Made by a program: the position numbers and the translations under genes. From Clostridia bacterium (GTDB taxonomy: Bacteria; Bacillota; Clostridia; JAAYHZ01): a stretch of 64,000 nucleotides of DNA. The notes beneath the pieces are model-generated. The model made no database searches, was not told the origin of the DNA, and saw nothing but the letters and a program-made list of their open reading frames with translations. Each line of letters opens with the position of its first letter. Position 1 is the first letter of the stretch. The DNA lies in contig JBMNIH010000004.1 in assembly GCA_050950825.1 (NCBI GenBank), positions 288,001-352,000 of the forward strand, in the 5' to 3' direction. Shown here one piece after another: positions 29,598 through 39,852 of this stretch.

Positions 29598-30299
29598 TTA
29601 CATCCAAAAATCCTCATATTCGTTGTACATCGGCATCTTAATCTTGTTTTCACGAGGTTCGAATGCAGGACGATTTGACGGTTTGGTATAAGGGTCAATT
29701 TTCTTTGTTCCCTTTTTATTTAAGTTCACGGTTAATCTTCCGTTAATGTATACTTCGCAAATGTAATCGCCGTTCTCGTTATATACTTCTTCTACATCGT
29801 TGTCTTTTACGACCAACCCGGCAAATTCCCCGGAATATTTCCAAAGCTCGTCCCTGTCGATGTATCCGAAGCATTTCCCGGACCAGTTCCAAACCCAGTT
29901 CAGGTTTTCATACTGGGTTGTATATATTGCATAACCCGATATATCTTTTGCGATGAAAGGATATACGGCGATTGCCAGTTGAATTAATAGCAGCAGGGCT
30001 ATAATCACGATTTGTGCCGTTACAAGCTGCGAATTGATTGCAATTAACAAAGCAACGTTTATTCCGACGGTAATAACGAACATGGAACCGATTAAAAACC
30101 TTGCAAAGCTTTTGCCATTGTACATTAAAGCTAAAGCCAACAATTCAACGATAGCTCGGCCTATCATCGCCAACCAAGCGATATCCGTCAGCCTTTTTGA
30201 ATACAATGCCAAAGCAAATGTTATGATTTCGAAAATAAATGTAAAGTATGCAATAAGAGCAATACTCCGCTTTCCTTTTATAACGGAAGCTTTTTGCAT
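29598..30299 (-). CDS. 4-TM membrane protein with a C-terminal 4-fold beta-flower-like domain
   Basis: Four hydrophobic helices then repeated W/Y-N-x-x-G-x-x-x-G units (WNWSGKCFG, WKYSGEFAG, YNENGDYIC); AGGAGG RBS. Confidence 0.6.
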   Translation of the reverse strand: MQKASVIKGKRSIALIAYFTFIFEIITFALALYSKRLTDIAWLAMIGRAIVELLALALMYNGKSFARFLIGSMFVITVGINVALLIAINSQLVTAQIVIIALLLLIQLAIAVYPFIAKDISGYAIYTTQYENLNWVWNWSGKCFGYIDRDELWKYSGEFAGLVVKDNDVEEVYNENGDYICEVYINGRLTVNLNKKGTKKIDPYTKPSNRPAFEPRENKIKMPMYNEYEDFWM

Positions 30300-30437
30300 T
30301 TCGTGTGAACCTCCTTTAGGCGTCTCCTGTTTTCCGTATAAGTTCTATGCCATAACTCATTATACCGGAAATCCGAAGGATTTAAGATATGAAAAGTAAA
30401 CAAATTGTTAATATTTTGGTTTTCGGTCATGAAAAAT

Positions 30438-30506
30438 AAAAAAAGAGGTTAGCCTTTATAAAAGGACTAACCGTGTAAAGGGGGTCAAAATGTATTTTGT
30501 GAGGTC
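30438..30506 (-). ncRNA. Candidate small RNA with C-rich anti-SD motifs
   Basis: Minus strand: GAATA-14-GGTAAGAATA (sigma-F-like, 30513-30541), ACCUCAC, a short hairpin, ACCCCCUUU, then a terminator GGUUAG..CUAACC followed by a U7 run. Confidence 0.45.
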
Positions 30507-30772
30507 ATTCGATATTCTTACCCGTGTTTCATTTTTTATTCATTTTTTTAAAAAATTTTTGCAATTTTTTTGATGATATAAAGCAAGAAATGCAATAATA
30601 CTAGCAATAAGAAGGTGGAAAAACCTTGACTTTTATTATATAATCAATAGGAAGATTGTACCGATTTATGTCATCCGGTATGATGGTATAAAAATGCGAT
30701 TCCAATAGCCAATCAAGCGGAATGACTGAAAATGAATATGAAAAAAAAAGAAATATAATGGAGGTATACTAC

Positions 30773-32245
30773 ATGGGTTGCTGTGATTGCAAGTGTTGTA
30801 AAGCGGATATCGGCCTGATCGGTTTGGCCGTCATGGGTGAAAATTTGGTATTGAATATGGAAAGCAAAGGCTTTACCGTAGCCGTATATAACAGGACAGT
30901 ATCAAAGGTAGACAGCTTTGTAGAAGGAAGAGGCAAGGATAAGAATATTATCGGAACGCACTCAATCGAAGAATTGGTAGCTTCTTTGAAAAAACCGAGA
31001 AAAATTATGCTGATGGTGAAAGCCGGCAAACCTGTAGATGATTTTATCGATCTGTTAATTCCTCATTTAGACCAAGGCGATATCATTATCGACGGCGGAA
31101 ACTCTCATTTCCCCGATACCATCAGAAGAACAAAGTATTTGGAAGAAAAAGGCTTACTGTATATCGGAACCGGAGTTTCCGGCGGTGAAGAAGGCGCATT
31201 AACCGGACCGAGCATCATGCCCGGCGGATCTCCCGCAGCTTGGGAACACGTAAAACCGATTTTCCAAGCCATCGCCGCTAAAGTTGAGGACGGAAGTCCT
31301 TGTTGCGATTGGGTCGGAGAAGACGGTGCCGGCCACTTCGTTAAAATGGTTCACAACGGAATCGAATACGGCGATATGCAGTTGATCTGCGAAGCTTACG
31401 ATTTGATGAAATCCTTGTTAGGCATGAGTGCAGATGAAATGCACGAAGTGTTTAAAGAATGGAACGAAGGCGAGCTGAACAGCTATTTGATCGAAATTAC
31501 CCGTGACATTCTCGGATTCAAGGACGAAGACGGACAACCTTTGGTAGAAAAGATTCTGGATACCGCAGGACAAAAAGGTACCGGTAAATGGACCGCTATC
31601 GCCGCGTTGGACGAAGGTATTCCCTTGACCATGATCGGCGAAGCCGTATTTGCACGTTGCTTGTCCGCAATGAAGGACGAACGTGTTGCGGCGTCCAAGG
31701 TGCTGACGGGACCGAAGCCCGTATTTGAAGGCGACAAGAAGGCCTTTATCGAAGACATCCGTAAAGCTTTGTATGCATCGAAGATTATTTCCTACGCACA
31801 AGGCTACACCTTAATGGCGGCTGCCGCAAAGACCTACGGCTGGAACCTGAACTACGGCGGAATCGCTTTGATGTGGAGAGGCGGATGCATCATTCGTTCG
31901 GTATTCTTAGGCAAGATTAAGGAAGCATTCGACAAGAATCCGAGCTTAACCAACTTGTTACTGGATCCCTTCTTTAAAGAAAAGGTATTGGCGGCACAAG
32001 AAAGCTGGAGAAGAGTCGTATCGGCTGCGATTATAAACGGTATCCCGGTACCCGGATTCACCTCGGCTTTATCTTACTTCGACGGATATCGGAAAGAAGT
32101 ACTTCCCGCAAACTTACTGCAAGCACAACGCGACTACTTCGGTGCTCATACCTATGAAAGAGTCGATAAGCCCAGAGGAGAGTTCTTCCATACCAATTGG
32201 ACCGGAAGAGGCGGAGAAACATCGGCGACACAATACAATGTATAA
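30773..32245 (+). CDS. gndA: NADP-dependent 6-phosphogluconate dehydrogenase
   Basis: [57 protein letters not shown]; GGAGG RBS before the ATG at 30773. Confidence 0.96.
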   Translation: MGCCDCKCCKADIGLIGLAVMGENLVLNMESKGFTVAVYNRTVSKVDSFVEGRGKDKNIIGTHSIEELVASLKKPRKIMLMVKAGKPVDDFIDLLIPHLDQGDIIIDGGNSHFPDTIRRTKYLEEKGLLYIGTGVSGGEEGALTGPSIMPGGSPAAWEHVKPIFQAIAAKVEDGSPCCDWVGEDGAGHFVKMVHNGIEYGDMQLICEAYDLMKSLLGMSADEMHEVFKEWNEGELNSYLIEITRDILGFKDEDGQPLVEKILDTAGQKGTGKWTAIAALDEGIPLTMIGEAVFARCLSAMKDERVAASKVLTGPKPVFEGDKKAFIEDIRKALYASKIISYAQGYTLMAAAAKTYGWNLNYGGIALMWRGGCIIRSVFLGKIKEAFDKNPSLTNLLLDPFFKEKVLAAQESWRRVVSAAIINGIPVPGFTSALSYFDGYRKEVLPANLLQAQRDYFGAHTYERVDKPRGEFFHTNWTGRGGETSATQYNV

Positions 32246-32271
32246 AAGAACGAACAAAGTTGGCGAAGAAT

Positions 32272-32300
32272 ATGAGGATGTTTTTCAAAAACATCCTCAT
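32272..32300. other. Perfect intergenic palindrome (14 bp arms) inside the operon
   Basis: ATGAGGATGTTTTT-C-AAAAACATCCTCAT, with no following T-tract. Confidence 0.75.
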
Positions 32301-32329
32301 GACATATAATCAAAGAAAGTGGAAGAGGA

Positions 32330-33196
32330 GTGAATACAGTGAATTTACCGTTTAAAATTGATTTGACGAATAAAGTTGCAGTTATAACCGGTGGCGGAGG
32401 AATTTTATGCGGCGCTTTCGCAAAAGCGTTGGCGGCTTGCGGTGCCAAGGTAGCCGTATTGGATTTAAGAAAACCCAATGCCGATAAAGTGGCCGATGAA
32501 ATTGTACAGAACGGCGGAATTGCTATCGGCGTAGAATGCAATGTTTTGGAAAAAGAAAGCGTTGAAAATGCAAGAAAGGTCGTAACCGAAGGCTTGGGAA
32601 CCTGCGACATCCTCATCAACGGAGCAGGCGGAAACCATCCGAAGGGAACAACCACAAAAGAATACTTGTTTAAAGAAGACTTGCTTAATAAAGAAGAAGG
32701 CGTAATTACATTCTTTGATTTGGACCAAAAAGGAATCGAATTCGTATTTAATTTAAACTTTATCGGAACCTTGATTCCCACCCAAGTCTTTGCAAAAGAC
32801 ATGATCGACAAGAAGGATGCGGTGGTCATTAACATATCTTCCATGAATGCCTTTACACCGCTGACCAAGATCCCGGCATACAGCGGCGCGAAAGCGGCCG
32901 TATCCAACTTTACCCAATGGTTAGCCGTTCATTTATCGAAGGTCGGCATCCGTGTTAACGCCATTGCTCCGGGATTCTTCCTGACGGATCAAAACAGAAG
33001 CCTGTTAATCAATCCGGACGGAACCTACACCGATCGTTCGAAGAAGATTTTAAGCCAGACTCCCATGGAACGCTTCGGAGATCCGGAAGATTTGATCGGT
33101 ACCCTGCTGTGGTTAGTGGATGCAAAGGCCTCCGGATTTGTTAACGGTACGGTAATACCGGTTGACGGCGGATTCTCTGCTTATTCCGGTGTGTAA
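32330..33196 (+). CDS. SDR oxidoreductase, D-mannonate oxidoreductase (UxuB-like)
   Basis: TGGGGIL, INGAGGNHP, SSMNAFTPLTKIPAYSGAKAA, AIAPGFF, VDGGFSAYSGV typical of the Bacillus/Thermotoga UxuB SDR subfamily. Confidence 0.85.
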   Translation: MNTVNLPFKIDLTNKVAVITGGGGILCGAFAKALAACGAKVAVLDLRKPNADKVADEIVQNGGIAIGVECNVLEKESVENARKVVTEGLGTCDILINGAGGNHPKGTTTKEYLFKEDLLNKEEGVITFFDLDQKGIEFVFNLNFIGTLIPTQVFAKDMIDKKDAVVINISSMNAFTPLTKIPAYSGAKAAVSNFTQWLAVHLSKVGIRVNAIAPGFFLTDQNRSLLINPDGTYTDRSKKILSQTPMERFGDPEDLIGTLLWLVDAKASGFVNGTVIPVDGGFSAYSGV

Positions 33197-33237
33197 GGAG
33201 GCGGTTTGACGAACCGTAAAAACGGAGGTGAATTGTT

Positions 33238-34512
33238 ATGAAAAGTATCTTTGTGAAGCCCGATAAGGGATTCGTTACCGATGAAATGTTGAATGATGCG
33301 ATAAAACAATCTTTGGAGGGTCGTATAGAAAGCTTGAAAAAAGTTTTGATCATACCTCCGGATTTTACTCGTTTTCATTCTTTAGCGGGAAAAATCACCG
33401 CAATATATTACAATTTATTAAAGAATAGCTGCGAGATTGACATACTGCCGGCATTGGGAACCCATGATCCCATGACAAAGGAGCAGGTTTTGGAAATGTT
33501 CGGACCGGACGTTCCCTTTGATCGTTTTATCCATCATAATTGGAAAAAAGACGTTATCAAAATCGGAGAAGTGCCTGCGGAATTTGTAGCCGAAGTATCC
33601 GAAGGTCTCGTTACAAACGCCATTGCCGTGGAGGTAAACAAGCTCATCATGGACAAATCCTATGACTTGGTTCTTTCCATCGGGCAAGTGGTTCCTCACG
33701 AGGTCGTGGGAATGGCCAACTACAGCAAGAACATCTTTGTAGGCTGCGGTGGCAATACCATGATCAACCAATCCCATATGTTAGGTGCCTTCTACGGAAT
33801 GGAAAGAATGATGGGTCGAGATCATACCCCGGTAAGAAAAGTGTTCGACTATGCCGAGCAAAACTTCTTGAAGGACGTTCCGTTGATGTATGTTTTGACC
33901 GTTACCACGGCGGTTCTGGACGAAGTGACCCTTCACGGTTTGTTCATTGGACGTGAACGGAAAGTTTTCGAAGAAGCCGTCGCTTTGGCTCAACAAAAGA
34001 ACTTAACGTACGTAGATGAACCCTTAAAGAAAGTCGTCGTATACTTGGACGAAAGGGAGTTCAAGAGCACTTGGTTAGGAAATAAATCGATCTACCGCAC
34101 CCGTATGGCCATTGCCGACGGCGGCGAACTTATCGTTCTTGCACCCGGCGTCCATAAGTTCGGGGAAGACGAAAGAAATGACGAATTAATCCGTAAATAC
34201 GGATATGTAGGCCGTGACAGAGTATTGGAGCTGACCAAGACCGAAGAAGACCTGCAAAACAACTTGTCCGTTGCCGCGCATTTGATTCACGGGTCATCCG
34301 ACGGCAGATTCTCCATCACCTATGCGGTGGACAAGCTGACCAAGGAAGAAACGGAGCAAGTCAACTTCATTTACGCGGACTACAACGAGATCATTAAAAA
34401 ATACGATCCGAAAAAATTGAAAGACGGATTTAACACGCTCCCGGACGGAGAAGAGATTTACTACATCAGCAACCCGGCATTAGGCTTGTGGGCGGATAAA
34501 AACAAGTTTTAA
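33238..34512 (+). CDS. LarA-superfamily (DUF2088) epimerase, probable D-mannonate/D-gluconate 2-epimerase
   Basis: PPDFTR.HS, PALGTH, HNW, GQVVPHEVVGMANY.K, STWLGNK.IYRTR.AIADGG; directly follows the UxuB-like SDR. Confidence 0.8.
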   Translation: MKSIFVKPDKGFVTDEMLNDAIKQSLEGRIESLKKVLIIPPDFTRFHSLAGKITAIYYNLLKNSCEIDILPALGTHDPMTKEQVLEMFGPDVPFDRFIHHNWKKDVIKIGEVPAEFVAEVSEGLVTNAIAVEVNKLIMDKSYDLVLSIGQVVPHEVVGMANYSKNIFVGCGGNTMINQSHMLGAFYGMERMMGRDHTPVRKVFDYAEQNFLKDVPLMYVLTVTTAVLDEVTLHGLFIGRERKVFEEAVALAQQKNLTYVDEPLKKVVVYLDEREFKSTWLGNKSIYRTRMAIADGGELIVLAPGVHKFGEDERNDELIRKYGYVGRDRVLELTKTEEDLQNNLSVAAHLIHGSSDGRFSITYAVDKLTKEETEQVNFIYADYNEIIKKYDPKKLKDGFNTLPDGEEIYYISNPALGLWADKNKF

Positions 34513-34521
34513 ATGAAAATG

Positions 34522-34559
34522 AAAACCTTCGAAATGATTTTGAGTTCGAAGGTTTTTTT
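34522..34559 (+). terminator. Terminator of the gnd operon
   Basis: AAAACCTTCGAA...TTCGAAGGTTTTTTT. Confidence 0.8.
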
Positions 34560-34649
34560 GTAACCTTTTGCTTCATGAAACGGGTGCCATAGGATAGAAT
34601 AAGGAAAAGTCGTTACGGTTGTGATTTTGAACAATAAAGAATAGGAGAG

Positions 34650-35867
34650 GTGAGCAATATGAGTGAAATCATCAACAACAGAGAATATCGTCAAAAGGTT
34701 CTGAAGGAATTGATTGGAGAGCTCCATGCGGGAAAAACCGTGGAAGAAGTAAAGCCTCGTTTTGAAGAGCTGATAAAAGGTGTTTCCGTTAAAGAAATAT
34801 CCGAAATGGAGCAGGCTTTAATCAAGGAAGGATTGGCCGTCAAAGAGATTCAACGGTTGTGCGATGTACATGCGGCTGTTTTCAAAGGATCCATTGAAGA
34901 GATCCATAGGGAAACAAAGCCCGAAGAAACCGTAGGCCACCCGGTTCATACATTCAAGGAGGAAAACAAGTTCATAAAAGAGTTGATCGACGAAAAAATC
35001 ATACCGGGCATGAAACGGTATAAGGAGGAGGGGGACAAGGATGCTTTGCTCAAGCCTCTGCAGCAGCTGTTGGAAATCGACAAACACTATTCAAGAAAAG
35101 AGAATTTGCTGTTTCCCTATCTTGAAAAATACAATATTACGGCTCCGCCAAAAGTGATGTGGGGTGTAGACGACCAAATTCGAGACGCTTTGAAGGAATG
35201 TGTTCGGTTGCTAATGGATGATACGGATGCGGATACGGTGATTGCGAAAACCGAAACAGCCGTGAATAAAGTAAATGAGATGATATATAAAGAGGAAAAC
35301 ATACTGTTCCCCATGGCGTTAGATACTTTGTCGGAGGACGAATGGCTGAAGATTGCCAAAGAAAGCTCCGAAATCGGATTTTTCTTCTACGAACCGAAAG
35401 AAGAATGGGTGCCCGAGCGTCAGCCCGAAGTAAGCGGACCGAAAGCCGATATCGGACCCCGGGACCATATCGAATTCGATGCAGGACACATGACTCCGGA
35501 AGAAATCAACGCTCTTTTGAATACATTGCCGTTAGACATTACTTTTGTAGGTAAAGACGGCAGAGTGAAGTATTTCTCCCAAGGCAAGGAGCGTATTTTT
35601 GCTCGTCCTAAAACCGTTCTCGGAAGGACCGTTCAAAATTGCCATCCGCCTGCAAGCGTTCATGTGGTGGAAAAAGTGGTGGAAAATCTCATGAGCGGGA
35701 AAAAGGACCGGGAAGATTTTTGGATCAAGATGGGAGACAAGTTCGTTTTAATACAATATTTTGCCGTAAGAAATGCAAAAGGAGAATTCCTCGGCATCAT
35801 GGAATGCTCGAGAGACATTAAACCGTTACAAGAAATAACCGGAGAAAAAAGACTTCTTTCGGACTAA
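34650..35867 (+). CDS. DUF438 / hemerythrin / PAS domain protein
   Basis: EISEMEQALI..G...EIQRLCDVHA, GHPVHTFKEEN, HYSRKENLLFP, VMWGVDD, C-terminal PAS LPLDITFV..NCHPP.S. Confidence 0.9.
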   Translation: MSNMSEIINNREYRQKVLKELIGELHAGKTVEEVKPRFEELIKGVSVKEISEMEQALIKEGLAVKEIQRLCDVHAAVFKGSIEEIHRETKPEETVGHPVHTFKEENKFIKELIDEKIIPGMKRYKEEGDKDALLKPLQQLLEIDKHYSRKENLLFPYLEKYNITAPPKVMWGVDDQIRDALKECVRLLMDDTDADTVIAKTETAVNKVNEMIYKEENILFPMALDTLSEDEWLKIAKESSEIGFFFYEPKEEWVPERQPEVSGPKADIGPRDHIEFDAGHMTPEEINALLNTLPLDITFVGKDGRVKYFSQGKERIFARPKTVLGRTVQNCHPPASVHVVEKVVENLMSGKKDREDFWIKMGDKFVLIQYFAVRNAKGEFLGIMECSRDIKPLQEITGEKRLLSD

Positions 35868-36063
35868 ATGCATAAAGGTATATAAAAAGGCTGTTCGCAA
35901 CAGCCTTTTTTACGCGCATTCCATTCGTTTAATGTCCCTGTATTTGGAAGGAGAAATACCCATAAAGTGAACAAAGTTTCGATAGAATGTACTAAATAAT
36001 CAAAAAGAGGCCTGTACATAGCCTTACGGTGTACAGGCCTCTTGAACTTACCTGTAAATTTTA

Positions 36064-36930
36064 TTAAACCCAGCCGAGATCCTTCATGACGGATTTAAAG
36101 TAAGCCAAGTCAACCTGTGCATACCATTCGCGGTCACCGGCACGAGGAGCTTCGATGCAAATGGGACCGTTAAACCCGGTTTCTTTCAAGGTTCTCAAAT
36201 ATTCGCGGTGATTGATTTCCCCGTCGGCTAGCGAGGTGGCAACACGTTTGCCGCCCACATTGATGCTGTTCTTCAAGTGAGCATAGAACAGTTTGTCTCC
36301 TAAATTCTTAATGGTTTCTTTGATGCTCGGATTTTTCGGGAAATAAACGGCATTGCCGTAATCCAAGTTGACGCCTACGGAAGGTTCGTCAATCAAGTCC
36401 GCCAATTTCTTCGCGGCGGCAGGCGTATCATGAATGTAATTCATATGGGTTTCAAATGCAAAACGGAATCCCAATTCGTTCGCCAATTTTCCCAATTCTT
36501 TAAACTCGGTCGCCCATTTCCATTGATCTTCCGTAGCAATAAACGAACCGTGCTTGTCGTATTCGGAGTAGGGAGTTCCCGGAGTAGGGTTCATTAAGCT
36601 ACCCGTGAAAGTGTTGACAACCGTTAATTTGAATCTTTCGGATGCAAGACGGAAAAAGTTAATAGCCCATTGAATTTCCGCTTCTCTTGCGCTTTTATCG
36701 GGTTTGTTAAGATTAGGTCCCGGTCCTCCGAAAAGAACATACTTCAAACCGCTTTTCCGAACGCCTTCCGCAATACTGTCCAGATATTCTTCGGTGGTTT
36801 CTTCGACACCGGTTCTTTTGCTTCTGAATTCGACGCCGTCATATCCCCAAGAAACTGCCTTTTCACATATTTCCAATATGGTTTGTCCTTGCTCGCAGTA
36901 ATTAACGTGCATAATAATAGGTATCGACAT
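36064..36930 (-). CDS. Sugar phosphate isomerase/epimerase (xylose-isomerase-like TIM barrel)
   Basis: GYDGVEF, FETH, NLDYGN, HLKN, GEIN, GFNGPICIE. Confidence 0.85.
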   Translation of the reverse strand: MSIPIIMHVNYCEQGQTILEICEKAVSWGYDGVEFRSKRTGVEETTEEYLDSIAEGVRKSGLKYVLFGGPGPNLNKPDKSAREAEIQWAINFFRLASERFKLTVVNTFTGSLMNPTPGTPYSEYDKHGSFIATEDQWKWATEFKELGKLANELGFRFAFETHMNYIHDTPAAAKKLADLIDEPSVGVNLDYGNAVYFPKNPSIKETIKNLGDKLFYAHLKNSINVGGKRVATSLADGEINHREYLRTLKETGFNGPICIEAPRAGDREWYAQVDLAYFKSVMKDLGWV

Positions 36931-37093
36931 ATGACTACCTCCTCGTATATTGTATGCTATATGCCATTGAATCTATTGTATAATCATTATCTTTTGAAGT
37001 CAACGAAACCGCAGTGAAAAACACAGACCGAATATGGAACATTTTGTGATGAGCGTAAATAGAATAATGATATAAGTCAAAAAGGGTGGTTGT

Positions 37094-38365
37094 ATGGAAA
37101 CATTACGAATCGGTTCTACGGGTCCGTATGTGAAACTGATACAGAGTCTTTTGCGGAGAATCGGTTACGACCCCGGTCCGGTGGACGGGGTTTTCGGTAA
37201 TCGTACGCGTCAAGCGGTAGCCGCGTACCAAAGAGACAACGGTCTGGCCTCCGACGGTATTGTAGGACCTCGAACCTGGGAAAGCTTTATGAATATATTA
37301 AGAGGATACGACAGCTATATGATCCGCCCGGGAGATACGCTGTATAACATTGCGAGACGATATTACACGACGGTAAACGCCATTTTGACGGCGAATCCCG
37401 GCATCGACCCCGACAATTTGATCGTCGGCGAATTGCTGATCGTACCTTACGGAATCGATGTGGTCTTTACCGATATTGATTATACATATACCATTTTGGA
37501 AATGAATATAATGGCTCTTCAATCAAGGTATCCTTTTTTGGAAACCGGCACCATTGGTAACAGCGTGTTAGGCAAAAACCTTTATTACATCCGTATCGGA
37601 AACGGACCGACGGAGGTTTCCTATAACGGGGCGCACCATGCTTTGGAATGGATCACGTCTCCGCTATTGATGAAATTTATAGAGGAGTTCAGTAAAGCCT
37701 ATTCGAACGGCACGGCGTTAAGAGGATACGACCCACGGGAAATATTCGAAAGCAGCAGCATCTATATCGTCCCCATGGTAAATCCGGATGGGGTAGACCT
37801 TGTTTTGGAAGGCTTGGAGCCCGACAATCCCTATTACGACGAATTGCTGCAGTGGAACGATACGGGAAGGCCTTTCTCCGCCGTATGGAATGCCAATATT
37901 CGAGGGGTGGATTTAAACCGAAACTATCCTGCCAGCTGGGAAGAGGCGAAAGCCCAAGAAGAACAATTGGGCATCACGGGGCCGGGTCCCACAAGGTACG
38001 GCGGTCCTGCTCCGCTGTCGGAGCCGGAAACCCGGGCCATGGTTCGATTTACACGGGATCACGACTTTAAACTGGTGATCGCTTATCATACCCAAGGCCG
38101 GGTTATCTATTGGAAGTATAAGGACATTCGAACGCCTAGAGATTTGGAGATCGCTAACATCTTCGCCGAAGCGACCGGATATACCGTATCCGATACGCCG
38201 TACGAAGCGGCATTTGCAGGATACAAGGATTGGTTCATTGAAGAATTTCGAAGGCCGGGATATACCTTTGAGGTGGGCTTAGGCGTCAATCCGCTGCCCA
38301 TATCCCAATTCGACACGATTTACCGCAACAACGAGGAAGCGATGCTGTTAGCGCCAATTGTGTAA
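37094..38365 (+). CDS. gamma-D-glutamyl-diamino acid endopeptidase (M14) with PG-binding and LysM domains (YqgT-like)
   Basis: PG_binding_1 (DGVFG..T..AV..YQ..GL..DGIVG..TW), LysM (GDTLYNIARRY), HHALEW, NPDG, N.RGVDLNRNY, AYHTQG. Confidence 0.9.
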   Translation: METLRIGSTGPYVKLIQSLLRRIGYDPGPVDGVFGNRTRQAVAAYQRDNGLASDGIVGPRTWESFMNILRGYDSYMIRPGDTLYNIARRYYTTVNAILTANPGIDPDNLIVGELLIVPYGIDVVFTDIDYTYTILEMNIMALQSRYPFLETGTIGNSVLGKNLYYIRIGNGPTEVSYNGAHHALEWITSPLLMKFIEEFSKAYSNGTALRGYDPREIFESSSIYIVPMVNPDGVDLVLEGLEPDNPYYDELLQWNDTGRPFSAVWNANIRGVDLNRNYPASWEEAKAQEEQLGITGPGPTRYGGPAPLSEPETRAMVRFTRDHDFKLVIAYHTQGRVIYWKYKDIRTPRDLEIANIFAEATGYTVSDTPYEAAFAGYKDWFIEEFRRPGYTFEVGLGVNPLPISQFDTIYRNNEEAMLLAPIV

Positions 38366-38422
38366 AGAAAAAACATGAAAAACACCGCAACCCGCCGGAT
38401 TTATGGCGGGTTGCGATGAGAA

Positions 38423-38794
38423 TTATTTACTCTTTATGATTTCCAACCAGTAGCCGTCCGGATCTTCGATAAAATAGAAGCGGCCGTTGCTTTCTTGGCA
38501 AACGCAGCCCATTTCTTGGTGCTTTTTGTACGATTCTTCGTACTCGTCGGTTACAAAGGCCAGGTGAAATTCATTGTCTCCCAAATTGTAAGGCCTGTCC
38601 CAATCCTTAAGCCAAGTTAACTCCAATTGATGTTGACTCGATCCGTCTTCCAAAAAGACCAGAATGAATTTTCCTTCCGGTTGTTCGTAGCGGCGAACTT
38701 CCTTTAAACCTAACGCTTCTTTGTAAAAGGCCAAGCTTTTTTCAAGATCGAATACATTAAAATTGTTATGCACCATCTTAAACTTCATATCCAT
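38423..38794 (-). CDS. Glyoxalase/VOC family (lactoylglutathione lyase-like)
   Basis: H.N.NV.DLEKSLAFY..ALG, LELTW, HLAF, FIEDPDGYWLE. Confidence 0.88.
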   Translation of the reverse strand: MDMKFKMVHNNFNVFDLEKSLAFYKEALGLKEVRRYEQPEGKFILVFLEDGSSQHQLELTWLKDWDRPYNLGDNEFHLAFVTDEYEESYKKHQEMGCVCQESNGRFYFIEDPDGYWLEIIKSK

Positions 38795-38831
38795 TATCTC
38801 CTTTATTTATAGATCTTTTTTATGAAAAGCT

Positions 38832-39587
38832 TTATACGTTTTCTTTTTCGTACTTTATAGTTTGCCCTTTACGGTCAATTACGGCAATCTCAACGGGCAA
38901 TCGGCTGCAAATCTGCTTGAAATCCTTCGTTACCCGATAATTGTCGCCAAAATGCATGGGGACAAACAGATCGGGTTTCATCAATTCAATAAAGTATTTT
39001 CCCCCGAGATAATAATATTCTTTTAATCGGGGATCCACCGGGAAAAACGCCACGTCAACAGGCTCGTCTTTCATTTTCTCCATTTCGTCGATGAATTTTT
39101 GACGGTCTTCGATCAATTCTTCTTCCGTGGATTCGTAGTACCAATACCACATATTCAGATCTCCGGCGTGGAAAATATTCAATCGATCCGTTTGCACGAA
39201 AAAGGATACGCCCAAATCCGTGGAGCCGTATGTCTTTACCGTTAAATCGCCCTTCATATATGTCTCGTAGGGACTCATCAATTTCATGTTGCCGATTCCT
39301 TTGTCAACCTTAATATCGTCGCTTAAAATGTAGTGAATATCGGGAACCTTATCCGCCCATTCCCATATGACGGGGTCATAATGATCCGGATGGCTGTGGC
39401 TGGAGAAAACGATCGTTTCTTTTTCTTTCGGGAACCGGTCGGGATCTAAAAACTCGTCCCGAGACAAGGAGGGTTTTTTGCTTCGTTTGAATCTTTCCCA
39501 ATAGTCGAACACCAGAAACCGCGTCGGTGTTTCTACGGAAAAACCGCTGTGGTACAAATACCGTACAATAGCTTCGGAACGAGTCAT
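38832..39587 (-). CDS. MBL-fold metallohydrolase
   Basis: YLYHSGF, SHSHPDH, STDLGVSF, FHAGDLN, PMH; AGGAGG RBS. Confidence 0.88.
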   Translation of the reverse strand: MTRSEAIVRYLYHSGFSVETPTRFLVFDYWERFKRSKKPSLSRDEFLDPDRFPKEKETIVFSSHSHPDHYDPVIWEWADKVPDIHYILSDDIKVDKGIGNMKLMSPYETYMKGDLTVKTYGSTDLGVSFFVQTDRLNIFHAGDLNMWYWYYESTEEELIEDRQKFIDEMEKMKDEPVDVAFFPVDPRLKEYYYLGGKYFIELMKPDLFVPMHFGDNYRVTKDFKQICSRLPVEIAVIDRKGQTIKYEKENV

Positions 39588-39852
39588 AATGAACCTCCTT
39601 TGCATATGCGAACCGTAGGGTTTCACGATTTATCTGTTTTCATTATACAAAACCTTTCGCGACAACTCAATAAAAAACCGTTTTTCCCGTTCTGCAACCG
39701 TACAATTTACGATATAGCAAATTATTACCGGAATTTGGGTTTCTTTTTGTAAGCGGTTATGGTATAAACGAGCTTGTGCTCTTTCCGTGGATTCCTTCTT
39801 TTTACCTAAGGTCGGTTGTATAAAAGAGACGATAAAAAATAATTAAAGTTCG

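Noticed and set aside
30722-30772. Longer gnd start
   Set aside because: No RBS for it; the GGAGG lies inside this segment, correctly spaced for the ATG at 30773.
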